Virus record (IMG/VR): IMGVR_UViG_3300031994_005355
Direction: 5' to 3' (one strand)
Source of the DNA: a virus
Taxonomy: Duplodnaviria > Heunggongvirae > Uroviricota > Caudoviricetes
DNA length: 64,000 nucleotides
This document shows, piece after piece, positions 20,061 to 29,644 of this stretch. Below the pieces are notes generated by a model. That model was not told where the DNA came from. It did not search any database and saw only the letters and a program-made list of their open reading frames with translations. Each line of letters begins with the position of its first letter. The stretch's first letter is position 1. The translations under genes and the position numbers were made by a program.

Positions 20061-21107
20061 ATGATTAACTACAAACCAGTAAAACTGTCTGAACACAAAA
20101 ATATACTAGATATGGTACTAAAGATGGATGTACCATTTTTGAAGGAGGTGTATGCTAAGTATCAGGATAGAGTCTTATATGAGTTCTATCGTGCATCAGA
20201 GTTTGATGATGATAACTTATTCAAGGACGACTATAAAAAGTATGCAGAAGACTATGATCTTGCTATGCGTACATACGCTTGGTCTAAAGAAAATCCTAAG
20301 TTGTTCTTGACACGATCTCCAGATCCTCTGCGTATAGGAACAGATAACATCTGCGCCTACTTTATGGTACAGGACTGGTTAAAGTGGAAGAGAATGTATC
20401 GTATTTCTACGGACTTGTCAGAAGTGTTAGTAGATTCTGATATTGATAAAGTGGATTCTGAATATTTCACAAATCTTCCATTTGATCCTTGTTACATAGA
20501 GTTCGAAGGAATCAATGACCCTGCTGGTGTATTTGTAAGCATCTGTCACAATGAAGCTGTCAAGGAGCCTACAGGAATAACAATAAACATTTGTGCTGTT
20601 AGAACTGGTTACACATGGTTTAACTCTATGTTATATATCGATATTCCATTTAAAGGTTCAAAGTCACTGTGGGAAATCGTAAATGAATCTATGGTGAAAG
20701 ATTGCTCAGATGATACTAAGACATGGTTATTCTTGATACTACAATCTCTAGTATATCTACAGTCAGCTAAGCCTGATGTAGAAGAGGGTAAAGAAGTAGA
20801 GTCTACTGTGTTTCAGTATTCAACAAAGCAGCACAAAGCAGTAAGAACAACAGATAAGGTCAGAAGCTGGGATGTTGGATTCCGTTTCAATGTCTATGAC
20901 AAGAATGGTAAGCCTGCAAGTAAAGCTGATACTGACTCAACAACTATGCATGCAAAGAAGCGTCCTCATGTTCGTAAACGCCATTGGCACAAGTACTGGT
21001 GTGGACCTAAAGGCAGTCAGCATCTTGAACTCAGACTCATTGAGATGACATACGTAAACTGCAACAATTCAGAGTCTATTCCAGTCCTAAGTAGTAAAGT
21101 GGTTTGA
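20061..21107 (+). CDS. hypothetical protein
   Basis: ORF track; 3-prime end lies in 50-bp direct repeat. Confidence 0.5.
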   Translation: MINYKPVKLSEHKNILDMVLKMDVPFLKEVYAKYQDRVLYEFYRASEFDDDNLFKDDYKKYAEDYDLAMRTYAWSKENPKLFLTRSPDPLRIGTDNICAYFMVQDWLKWKRMYRISTDLSEVLVDSDIDKVDSEYFTNLPFDPCYIEFEGINDPAGVFVSICHNEAVKEPTGITINICAVRTGYTWFNSMLYIDIPFKGSKSLWEIVNESMVKDCSDDTKTWLFLILQSLVYLQSAKPDVEEGKEVESTVFQYSTKQHKAVRTTDKVRSWDVGFRFNVYDKNGKPASKADTDSTTMHAKKRPHVRKRHWHKYWCGPKGSQHLELRLIEMTYVNCNNSESIPVLSSKVV

Positions 21108-21130
21108 TATGAAAGGAGGTACATTGTGTT
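21082..21130 (+). repeat. ~50-bp direct repeat copy 1 (gene 3-prime end + RBS + start)
   Basis: ttccagtcctaagtagtaaagtggtttgatatgaaaggaggtacattgtg vs copy at 21621. Confidence 0.5.
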
Positions 21131-21349
21131 GCTATCAGACTTAGATATAAACAGATATTCATCAATGGTTACAAATGCTGTATGTGAAGCACATGGTGTA
21201 TCTCCTACAGATAAGATACAACGTGCAATCTTAGCTTGGAATATATTGAATCCAAAGGATCCAGTATTGAATAATTCTCCTAACTATACGAACTAATATC
21301 AACATTCGATGAATGTAAAGTGGCTAGAGCAGGAAGTGAGGAATGAGAC

Positions 21350-21637
21350 ATGAAAGCTACAACAGTATCTTTATTATGTTTGGTTGTTTTAGTAACTGGT
21401 TTGGTTTTTCTTTTAACAGGATGCAATACCAGTAAATCTTCAAATAAGGGAGATGAAAGGTTTATAGAAGTAAACGGAGCATCAGGTACTATCGTGGGTA
21501 ATGAATACAGAATTGTTTACGACAGGACAACAAAAGTTATGTACTACATGTCAGATAGCCTTTATAATAAAGGCAGTCTGTGTCCATTATACAATGAAGA
21601 TGGTTCAATAATGATATATTCCAGTCCTAAGCAGTAA
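21350..21637 (+). CDS. lipoprotein
   Basis: Signal peptide with LLTGC lipobox. Confidence 0.55.
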   Translation: MKATTVSLLCLVVLVTGLVFLLTGCNTSKSSNKGDERFIEVNGASGTIVGNEYRIVYDRTTKVMYYMSDSLYNKGSLCPLYNEDGSIMIYSSPKQ

Positions 21638-21668
21638 AGTGGTTTGATATAAAAGGAGATACATTATG
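21621..21668 (+). repeat. ~50-bp direct repeat copy 2
   Basis: ttccagtcctaagcagtaaagtggtttgatataaaaggagatacattatg; read in different frame than copy 1. Confidence 0.5.
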
Positions 21669-21995
21669 TTACTCATATACTTATTCATTGGCGGTCTTAT
21701 TTATATTTTTGTTAAAAGTGCAATTATAGCATATACAGACTGGCGAGAAAAGGGATTTTTACCTACATTATTTTTAAGCATTCTCTGTGCAATTCTTGCA
21801 ATAGTAAATGTTTATATTTTATACGATGTTTATACATCAGCAGTAAACCATGATAAAGAAGTACAGACAAAAATAGAATCTGGAGATTATCAGATTTATT
21901 ATAATGGTATCTTAGTAAGTGCCAATGATATAGAAAACATCAATAATTATGATGTTGAGATATTTGAAGATTCACACAAGATAGTTTTAAAATGA
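21666..21995 (+). CDS. membrane protein (paralog of 31826..32161; shared C-terminal YQIYYxxxLxSANDIxxIxxYxxExFxDSHKIVL)
   Basis: N-terminal TM helices and conserved C-terminal block. Confidence 0.5.
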   Translation: MLLIYLFIGGLIYIFVKSAIIAYTDWREKGFLPTLFLSILCAILAIVNVYILYDVYTSAVNHDKEVQTKIESGDYQIYYNGILVSANDIENINNYDVEIFEDSHKIVLK

Positions 21996-22043
21996 GAGGA
22001 TATTTCACTAATTGTACAAGGTATAGAAGGATGGTGAAATTAT

Positions 22044-22238
22044 ATGGATAATTCTGTAAATATAAATGAACGTTCACTGATAGAATATTATAATGCAAAT
22101 AATATAGATTATGATTCTCAGATAGAAATTGATGCTAGTCTAGTCACTGACACTACTTGCGAAATTTATGGTGTAGATAAAACAAATAAAACGCAACGTG
22201 CATTACTAACACTTAGACTACTTGGAAAGATATGTTAG
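22044..22238 (+). CDS. hypothetical small protein
   Basis: ORF track. Confidence 0.35.
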   Translation: MDNSVNINERSLIEYYNANNIDYDSQIEIDASLVTDTTCEIYGVDKTNKTQRALLTLRLLGKIC

Positions 22239-22274
22239 TAAACGTGACAACTTGGTAAAGAAAGGAGATGTTGT

Positions 22275-23798
22275 ATGAAAGCATCTGAAAGAATCAAATC
22301 AGATTTAGCTACATACTTTTCAAAGAATGGTATTACAGATGCTGAAAAGAGTATTGTTAAATTAAAAGGACTTCTTCATCAAAGTGTATTAGAGGCTGAA
22401 GGATTGACGCAAGAGAGTGAGTTAGTTAAAGCATGGACAGCTCTACAGTTACAAGAAGGTTTACCTTTTAGGTATGATGTTAAAACCAATAGTATTTATA
22501 ATATTGACACTGTTGTGGAGTTTAAAACTAAACGTTTTTTATACAATATTATAACTACAAGTGTTTTAAATAAAACAGGATGCTTTGCAATAACTGGTTC
22601 GAGAAGAGTGGGTAAAACAATTCTCTTAAAGCAGCTGTATAATGATAATATGTCTTCATCAGAATTCTTAGACTGTTCGGTACGATATCCTATGAACTTC
22701 AATGAATATTATAATACTATTATACAAGCGGGTAAAAAGTATGTATTTATAGATGAAGTTTGTAAGCTTACTGACAATCATTGTGAATTTGTAAGTGCTA
22801 CTAAAGCTGCAGCATCTAAGCTATGCATTATCATAACAGGAAGTACAAGTTTCGTAATTGAAGACATGTGTGAGGATATTGGAAGGGGTGAAATTTACAC
22901 ATTACCGCCATTTATGTATATAGAGACTTTGAGTTGGCAAAAAGATGCCACATTAAATGATGTTATGCAGTATGTATCTAATGAATCATTCATAACATAT
23001 TTGAAAAGTCAGTTCATGTCAAATATGGAATTGATAGATTATATGCGTGGTGTTGTACACGATACCATAGCATCATATAGAAATCATTCGACTCTGGAGG
23101 GAGAGATTTCGTTATCAACTAAAGAGTTAGATAAGTGTTTAATTTACATATCAGTGTGTCAATTATTATACCGTAGGAGTACTGATAATCAGTTTATAGA
23201 TATGCCAAATATAGGTCCTGTAGTAAAAGAGTGTCTTAGAAGTAAAGACATTTTTAGTGTAACAGAGCGTCTTGGTTTGAAGAATAATACAATAGAAACT
23301 GTACTTGACATTTTATGTAGTTGTAATCTTGCTAAGAAAATAAGAGTATTAAAGGATACACATAATACAAGTATTGATGCATTTTTATTTGAGTATCCAT
23401 GGTACGTTAGCTATTGTTTAAGCCCGAGTATACAGGACAGTGAAATTTTATTAGATTTATGGGTTGAATATTATATTCTTATGAAAGCATACTATGTATA
23501 CTCTGATATTGCAAAGTTTAGAACTGGAGCTCAAGAAGAGATTGATGTGTTATACAGAATTAACGGATGGTTAGGATTAGAAATAAAAAATAGACCTGAT
23601 ACAAACTTAACAAGAAAATATAAAGCAAAGCTACAAGAATTATCTAATACATATAGTATTTCAGATATATTTATTTCAAATAAGTCATGTAATGCTAAAA
23701 TAGCAGCAAGTCTGGAACTAGAATACATTAGGTTGCTTAATGAAGGATTAACATATTCAACATTTAATATTCAGGATCTTTTAAATAAATACTTTTGA
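22275..23798 (+). CDS. AAA+ P-loop ATPase (COG1373/DUF4143-like) with shared N-terminal family module
   Basis: Walker A GSRRVGKT, Walker B VFIDEV; N-terminal IKSDLATYF...VKAWTALQ...PFRY homologous to 3814 and 45223 ORFs. Confidence 0.6.
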   Translation: MKASERIKSDLATYFSKNGITDAEKSIVKLKGLLHQSVLEAEGLTQESELVKAWTALQLQEGLPFRYDVKTNSIYNIDTVVEFKTKRFLYNIITTSVLNKTGCFAITGSRRVGKTILLKQLYNDNMSSSEFLDCSVRYPMNFNEYYNTIIQAGKKYVFIDEVCKLTDNHCEFVSATKAAASKLCIIITGSTSFVIEDMCEDIGRGEIYTLPPFMYIETLSWQKDATLNDVMQYVSNESFITYLKSQFMSNMELIDYMRGVVHDTIASYRNHSTLEGEISLSTKELDKCLIYISVCQLLYRRSTDNQFIDMPNIGPVVKECLRSKDIFSVTERLGLKNNTIETVLDILCSCNLAKKIRVLKDTHNTSIDAFLFEYPWYVSYCLSPSIQDSEILLDLWVEYYILMKAYYVYSDIAKFRTGAQEEIDVLYRINGWLGLEIKNRPDTNLTRKYKAKLQELSNTYSISDIFISNKSCNAKIAASLELEYIRLLNEGLTYSTFNIQDLLNKYF

Positions 23799-23830
23799 GT
23801 AGGTGTGATGCCTGCATAAGGAGGTGTTGT

Positions 23831-24250
23831 ATGATAAAAGTTGAACGTTACTCAATTTCTGGGTTCAAGACTCAGAAGCAAATACATCATCTCCAAAATT
23901 TTGTATATCCTCATATGTATGAATGGAAGGAGTTTTATAAAGAGTATCCAGTACTTTACAGGCACTTGCTACTGGAACGCCATAAAAAGCTTCTTCCATT
24001 CTATAAAGAAAATTTTGAGGACTTTACAGAAGGATTGTGGGTATTCATTGCAGGACACAAAAACAGACAATCACTTAATCATCTGAAGCATAAAGTTCCA
24101 TGTTGGACTGCAGAACTCCCGGATGATACGATTGTCTATGACGTGAACTGGGAAGAGCAGTTAAGTCTGAGTGATCCAATCAATGAATGCTTTGGTTGTT
24201 ATGTTCCAAAACGTTCACTAAAACAAATACAAAACATTGAAAGGAAGTGA
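23831..24250 (+). CDS. hypothetical protein
   Basis: ATG 23831 (M13 of track ORF) after AAGGAGGTG. Confidence 0.5.
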   Translation: MIKVERYSISGFKTQKQIHHLQNFVYPHMYEWKEFYKEYPVLYRHLLLERHKKLLPFYKENFEDFTEGLWVFIAGHKNRQSLNHLKHKVPCWTAELPDDTIVYDVNWEEQLSLSDPINECFGCYVPKRSLKQIQNIERK

Positions 24251-24254
24251 GTTA

Positions 24255-24428
24255 ATGAGTGCATCGAATCCAAAGTGTCATGAGAAAGGTTGTCAATGTG
24301 CAACCTGTACAGTAAAGTGCAACATATGTTGCGTACTCAGTAAATGCACGAATGATGAGTGCAGTTCCTCTACAGGTAAAAGAAACTGTCCAGATTATCG
24401 ATATACAAACAATAGAGGAGAACACTAA
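24255..24428 (+). CDS. cysteine-rich small protein (10 Cys in 57 aa)
   Basis: ATG 24255 after GAAAGGAAG; CHEKGCQCATCTVKCNICCVLSKCTNDEC. Confidence 0.4.
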   Translation: MSASNPKCHEKGCQCATCTVKCNICCVLSKCTNDECSSSTGKRNCPDYRYTNNRGEH

Positions 24429-24453
24429 AACATTGAAAGAAGGTGATAACTTT

Positions 24454-24912
24454 ATGAAGATTATTGATTTTGAGAAACATGGTAATGTATTACGGTTTAT
24501 TCTTGGTGACGACACTGATACTTACTATCATGGTGATGATTGGAATAAAGCTCCTTATGAACATAATGCTGGAAGAGTGTATAAACACTATTTCAGATGT
24601 TTTACAGAAATAGCATTACCGTTACGTTATCATATTGCTGAACCTGCAGATGACTGGCATTATAAAGGTAATTCTCCATATTGTAAGAATGACTTCAAAG
24701 AAAGAAAAGTACCTTGCTTAATTGTAAGTAATTTAACAGGTGTTGAGTATTTTGATCTGGTAAATAAAAACTATGCTGAAGAATATCCAGATGCAGATGT
24801 TTTTGGTATTTATTTTGGTGAAGATTATGAAGTCGTTAAGAATAAATTACTTAAGACTTTCGGTGGGTATGAACTCACTTACGAGGGCAATCCTGAGTGG
24901 ATGGATGCTTAA
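24454..24912 (+). CDS. hypothetical protein
   Basis: ATG 24454 (M35 of track ORF) after GAAAGAAGG. Confidence 0.5.
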   Translation: MKIIDFEKHGNVLRFILGDDTDTYYHGDDWNKAPYEHNAGRVYKHYFRCFTEIALPLRYHIAEPADDWHYKGNSPYCKNDFKERKVPCLIVSNLTGVEYFDLVNKNYAEEYPDADVFGIYFGEDYEVVKNKLLKTFGGYELTYEGNPEWMDA

Positions 24913-24923
24913 TGAGGTGATGT

Positions 24924-25361
24924 ATGTATTTATCAAAAGTAGAAACTGATGTTGACGAATTCATTGAAAAGTTCATGACTGGAACTCCAGAACAGCAGGA
25001 GTTCCTACGCTCAAAGTTTCGTGGTGGTTACTGCTACTATTTTGCTCATATGTTACAAACGGCTTTCGAGAGAGGTCTTGTATGTTGGACTTCACCCTTT
25101 GGTCATTTTGTGTGGGTAGATACAGATGTACAATTCAACAAATTTAGTCCGAGATTATACGAACACTATAAGGCATATGATATAGAAGGACGATATAACT
25201 TCTGGGACAATGAAGTAAAATATTTGATACCAGAACAATTTCTTGGCAATCATATTTATGACTTCTTCCATTCGTCTTTAGAAAAGAATGTTAAGCCAGC
25301 AACTGAACGTGACATACTTAATATTATAGATACATATAAAATACTAGTAGGTGTAAAATGA
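24924..25361 (+). CDS. hypothetical protein (paralog of 34663..35259)
   Basis: Shared block GGYCYYFAHMLQTAFERGLVCWTSPFGHFVWVD vs YSWHYAHILQDTFQRGSVCLAYPKNHWVWMD. Confidence 0.5.
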   Translation: MYLSKVETDVDEFIEKFMTGTPEQQEFLRSKFRGGYCYYFAHMLQTAFERGLVCWTSPFGHFVWVDTDVQFNKFSPRLYEHYKAYDIEGRYNFWDNEVKYLIPEQFLGNHIYDFFHSSLEKNVKPATERDILNIIDTYKILVGVK

Positions 25362-25362
25362 T

Positions 25363-25620
25363 ATGAAGAAACCAACTAAAGAACGACGCCAAAACGACTA
25401 CATACGAATGAAAAGAGAATATGAGAAACTTCACAATATTAAGCCTTATGAGTTAGGTGATACAGAGTTCATAATTAAGGCTTCTCATAATGAATACAAA
25501 GAAATAGGTGAATCACTTGGTATAACTTATATTGATTGTCAAGTACCTAACGGTTCATTCTCAATACGTGCAGATATGTCACATATTCTGAAAGGTAAAC
25601 AGTATCTATTTCATGATTGA
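25363..25620 (+). CDS. hypothetical protein
   Basis: ORF track. Confidence 0.4.
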   Translation: MKKPTKERRQNDYIRMKREYEKLHNIKPYELGDTEFIIKASHNEYKEIGESLGITYIDCQVPNGSFSIRADMSHILKGKQYLFHD

Positions 25621-25640
25621 AAGGAAATTGGAGAAAAGCA

Positions 25641-25886
25641 ATGAAAGAGGCTACAATAAAAACTTATGTTACTTATGATGCAGAAGAAGATAAGCTTGAG
25701 GTACTGATTAAAGATAGAACAAAGACATTTGAGATACTTCTATCAAACAAAAATGGCATAACACCAGAAGTTATGAGACTTCAGATAGGAAACTGGATAA
25801 TGAACGAGGTAGAGGAAATAGTAGAAGAAGCGAAAAAGGAACTTCAAGTACTAAATGGTGAAAATACTGATGTTGAAAGGAAGTGA
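25641..25886 (+). CDS. hypothetical protein
   Basis: ATG at M9 of track ORF (track start is TTG) after GGAG. Confidence 0.4.
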   Translation: MKEATIKTYVTYDAEEDKLEVLIKDRTKTFEILLSNKNGITPEVMRLQIGNWIMNEVEEIVEEAKKELQVLNGENTDVERK

Positions 25887-26086
25887 AAGAATTGAGCATT
25901 AACTTTAGTGATAAAATAGAAAGTTATGCTGACACTCGTGCTACTTGTCCGTATGTAGAAAATAAACTTATTGATGATGGTTTTGGTGGACAGACTCTTG
26001 AAACATTTTGCTCTAAGGATGACTGTGAAAATCAGGATGAAATCTATGCTGAAAATGATGGATACAGAAAGGTTTGTAGAGTATGA
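25883..26086 (+). CDS. hypothetical protein (GTG start)
   Basis: ORF track; AAGGAAG RBS. Confidence 0.35.
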   Translation: MKELSINFSDKIESYADTRATCPYVENKLIDDGFGGQTLETFCSKDDCENQDEIYAENDGYRKVCRV

Positions 26087-26331
26087 ATAGAGATGAATTC
26101 TTAAGCAAACTTGATGAAGTAAGTGATACACTTGACTTTGAATATGTTGATGATGTACTATTAAGGTCGCTATCTCCTAAGGGTGAAAAATTCAAAGGGT
26201 TTATGAACCTTGTTATTGCAATAGAGGAATTTGTGGAATGTCAACAAGAAGTGACAAAGTATTTGAGGAATAAAGGAAGTCATATTGCTCTACTTGAAGA
26301 AACTGCTGATGCCTTAATAAGTATAAATTAA
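26083..26331 (+). CDS. hypothetical protein
   Basis: ORF track. Confidence 0.4.
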   Translation: MNRDEFLSKLDEVSDTLDFEYVDDVLLRSLSPKGEKFKGFMNLVIAIEEFVECQQEVTKYLRNKGSHIALLEETADALISIN

Positions 26332-26591
26332 TAGGCAATCGGATAGACTTGCCGTAAAGTGAATGATCTTGATAATTGATAAAGGAGATTGTACACATAA
26401 GTAAAGGAGACAAACTATTATGAAAGAAATAACTGCTACAATGAAATTCACTGTTGATGACGATAATGCAGAAGACTTAAAGAAAGCATTATCACATCAT
26501 TCAGAGTGGTTAATAGACTTTGAAAGTTGGAAAGGCATACACGATTATTCGACAATACAGATCGAAGAACATGACATAGAGGAGAATTAAA

Positions 26592-26984
26592 ATGAGCAGT
26601 ATTGGTATAGCATTAAGCTATGATATGAAAGCGCAGATAGCTAGAGACTTAGCATTAGAAGCACCAACAATAGATGAACAAACAGCATTGGTAGATTCTC
26701 TACCATTAACTGTATTACAAAATTATATTAGTGTAAATATATCTAAAACACACTCTTTATTTGTAGTACAAGGGCATAATATATTAATATCAAATGCAAC
26801 TATTGATATGTTTAAAAAATATGTTGGATATGATTTGGGACAAGAAAATGTAGAACAAGCTACTTATATAGGATATGGCGATACAGACTTGACTGAATGT
26901 ACATTAACAGATACAGAATTATCAAGACGTGCTGAATATTCTTTAAATGTAGAAATAGAAGGTAGACGTAATGAGCTCTTTTAA
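26592..26984 (+). CDS. hypothetical protein (tandem paralog of 27524..27913)
   Basis: MSSIGIALSYDMKAQIARDLALEAPTIDEQTALVD vs MSSISAALSYDIKAQIARDLSLNAPTIDDQTALVD; both end EGRRN(E/G)LF. Confidence 0.5.
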   Translation: MSSIGIALSYDMKAQIARDLALEAPTIDEQTALVDSLPLTVLQNYISVNISKTHSLFVVQGHNILISNATIDMFKKYVGYDLGQENVEQATYIGYGDTDLTECTLTDTELSRRAEYSLNVEIEGRRNELF

Positions 26985-27531
26985 TATTTTAAACTTAAAA
27001 GTAGAGACAACTGCTAAATTAGATATAAATATAAAAGAGTTAAATAAACTATTAGAACAATTTCAAACTACAGATAATTTTATACTAACTGTCAATTTCA
27101 CAAATGATAAGTTTCTTAGTTTATTTTATAACTATAAATATAAACAACTTGCCATGCTATTATTAAACACTAAGGGTAACACATTAGTTGATAATATAGT
27201 TTTAACAGACAAAGAATATAAATTATTTAAAATATCATTACGCATATTACTTTCACGATTAAAACTGAAACAATATGACTATTCAGACACAAGAGGTATA
27301 GTAAAACTCTGGTTAACAAAATTAGGTGAAATCAAAACTAAGCATAAATTAGAGTTGTTATTATTTTATAAAAATAATAACATGAACTTTGATGAACAGT
27401 CACAATTAGATGCTAAAAACATTTCAAAAGGTGTCTGTAAAGAGCATAAAATAAGTAGTACCGATATAATGGAACGTGCTTACTTATATAGAACAATACA
27501 AGGAGATATAAAGGAGGTGTATTATGAGTAG
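26971..27531 (+). CDS. hypothetical protein (between tandem paralogs)
   Basis: ORF track. Confidence 0.45.
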   Translation: MSSFNILNLKVETTAKLDINIKELNKLLEQFQTTDNFILTVNFTNDKFLSLFYNYKYKQLAMLLLNTKGNTLVDNIVLTDKEYKLFKISLRILLSRLKLKQYDYSDTRGIVKLWLTKLGEIKTKHKLELLLFYKNNNMNFDEQSQLDAKNISKGVCKEHKISSTDIMERAYLYRTIQGDIKEVYYE

Positions 27532-27913
27532 TATTAGTGCAGCATTAAGTTATGACATTAAAGCCCAAATAGCTCGTGATTTATCTTTAAATGCACCAAC
27601 TATCGATGATCAAACTGCTTTAGTCGATGCCTTACCTGTTAATATTATAGAGCGTTACTTTTTAGTAAATATATTCAAGTCACATATATTATATGATGTA
27701 CATGGACATAAAATCATTATTCCTAAGAGGCTACTTAATACTGTTAAGGAATTATTTGGTACCCCGTATGATTATGATGATATTGAACATTTTACATATA
27801 TTGCTGCTGATGCTGACTTTGAGAATTGTGAATTCGATGATGACGATTTATCATACAGAGTAGAAGCAGTAATAAATAAGAATATAGAAGGCAGACGTAA
27901 TGGTCTATTTTAA
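27524..27913 (+). CDS. hypothetical protein (tandem paralog of 26592..26984)
   Basis: See 26592 entry. Confidence 0.5.
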   Translation: MSSISAALSYDIKAQIARDLSLNAPTIDDQTALVDALPVNIIERYFLVNIFKSHILYDVHGHKIIIPKRLLNTVKELFGTPYDYDDIEHFTYIAADADFENCEFDDDDLSYRVEAVINKNIEGRRNGLF

Positions 27914-28303
27914 TATTTTAAATTTAAATAAAGGAGGATTAAAATGAGTAATCTTAAAATCAATCTTAGTGAAAAAGAGATCAATTATATTGACAAAGGT
28001 ATAGGTACTTTGACTAAGCAGCATACTGAGTCTGGAAGAAACTATCAGGTAAAGATAAGCTCATTCAAACCACCGATTGTGAATGAAGCTTTTATGGCAA
28101 TCAATATAAGAGAACTGAACTAGGAGAAACATTATGGATTATATTATTATAAAGTGTAGTAAAGAAGATCTTGATAAACTTACTGCGGCTAAGATATCTT
28201 GGTATCCACATGCTTTGACAAAAGATGATGTGCATGTAAAAACTGAAAGTGATTACTTCAAAGCACTAGATCTGCTAGAAAGGAAATAAAAGGAGGACTA
28301 ACT

Positions 28304-28636
28304 ATGAATAACAAACTAGATGCAACACTACAGACTTATAATGACAAAACTGTTCCTGCAACATGGGTTATGGATAATGCTGTTGATTTTCATGTTGGCT
28401 TTGTGCATGGGATTCGTAAGGCTATTGAGGAACTTCGCTCCCAGAAGAAGTATTGGTATGAAGTAACACAGTCAGCTGAGGATGAATCACATGGTTGGAT
28501 ACAGCTGACAGAAGACGAAGCAGCACTAATCAGCAAAGTAACTGATTCTGATAATTGGACAAATACAGAAATGGGATCATGGACTGGATGGTTCGGTATT
28601 GATCTTGAAAGTAAATGCGAAACAAAACCAGAGTGA
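28304..28636 (+). CDS. hypothetical protein
   Basis: ORF track; AAGGAGGA RBS. Confidence 0.45.
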   Translation: MNNKLDATLQTYNDKTVPATWVMDNAVDFHVGFVHGIRKAIEELRSQKKYWYEVTQSAEDESHGWIQLTEDEAALISKVTDSDNWTNTEMGSWTGWFGIDLESKCETKPE

Positions 28637-28650
28637 AAGGAGTTGTTTGT

Positions 28651-28833
28651 ATGAACATATCAATGTTAGTTGGTGTAATATTATTTGGACTCGCAGGAAC
28701 AGTTTGTGGAACAGTAGCAATAGGAATGTTTAATGAAAAAGAATATGCCTTAGGTATTGCTATAATACCTATTACATTGACATGGTATTGGATGATAGCA
28801 TTAACATTCACAGGACATTTACAGTGGTGGTAA
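28651..28833 (+). CDS. small membrane protein
   Basis: ATG at M13 of track ORF after GAAAGGAG; two hydrophobic helices. Confidence 0.4.
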   Translation: MNISMLVGVILFGLAGTVCGTVAIGMFNEKEYALGIAIIPITLTWYWMIALTFTGHLQWW

Positions 28834-29049
28834 GAAAGGAGCAATATAATTATGTTTCGTTTTGAATGTCAGGAAGACAGAGGTGGTTTTGGCTTTACAG
28901 GTAAGGCAGGTGACATACTTGCTGAAGTGCGTATGGAGTATGGATTTACACTACTCGCAAAAGTAAAGGCTTGGATTGCAGGTAATTCAAAAACTTTCCA
29001 GACTAAGAGTTTCACTATCTACAGATTATGATTGAAAGGAAGTGATGAA

Positions 29050-29631
29050 ATGTTAGCAGTAATGCATCTCTATAAAGTAGTTCCTAATTTAACTGTTGTA
29101 CCTGCTAAATACTTTTATCTATCAAAAGAAGATCAGTATGACATTGATGTACAATTTAATAAAGGGGATGATGAGACTCAGAGTTTACTGGATAAAATGT
29201 ATTATAATAATCAGTATTCTGACAATAAGCAGCATACAGAAATTTACCTATGGAACCGTATAGGTAAGTATTGTGGTTGCAGAAAATGTAGAAGTCATAG
29301 AGAACTGAAATACTTCAATCAGATGCGGAAAAGATTTTCAAATGCTGTACGGAAATTACAAATGACACCAGGATTTTCTGTTGATATAATTCCTGTAGAT
29401 GAAATTAAATATGCAGAAGGTAAATTTGGACATAAAGATTTTTATCGTAAATCTAACCCACAGTTTTATGCAACAACTCTACAAGATATGTTAGAATTAC
29501 TTAATAGACACATAATACCTAGTGAAAATGTATCGACTAGTGATGTACTTAAAATAAGAGAAGAGTTTAAACAGGCTTGGATCGATAATTATGATGTAGA
29601 GTCTGGACTCATATTCTTACTAACATATTGA
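29050..29631 (+). CDS. hypothetical protein
   Basis: ATG 29050 (M7 of track ORF) after GAAAGGAAG. Confidence 0.5.
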   Translation: MLAVMHLYKVVPNLTVVPAKYFYLSKEDQYDIDVQFNKGDDETQSLLDKMYYNNQYSDNKQHTEIYLWNRIGKYCGCRKCRSHRELKYFNQMRKRFSNAVRKLQMTPGFSVDIIPVDEIKYAEGKFGHKDFYRKSNPQFYATTLQDMLELLNRHIIPSENVSTSDVLKIREEFKQAWIDNYDVESGLIFLLTY

Positions 29632-29644
29632 ATGAATAGTATTA

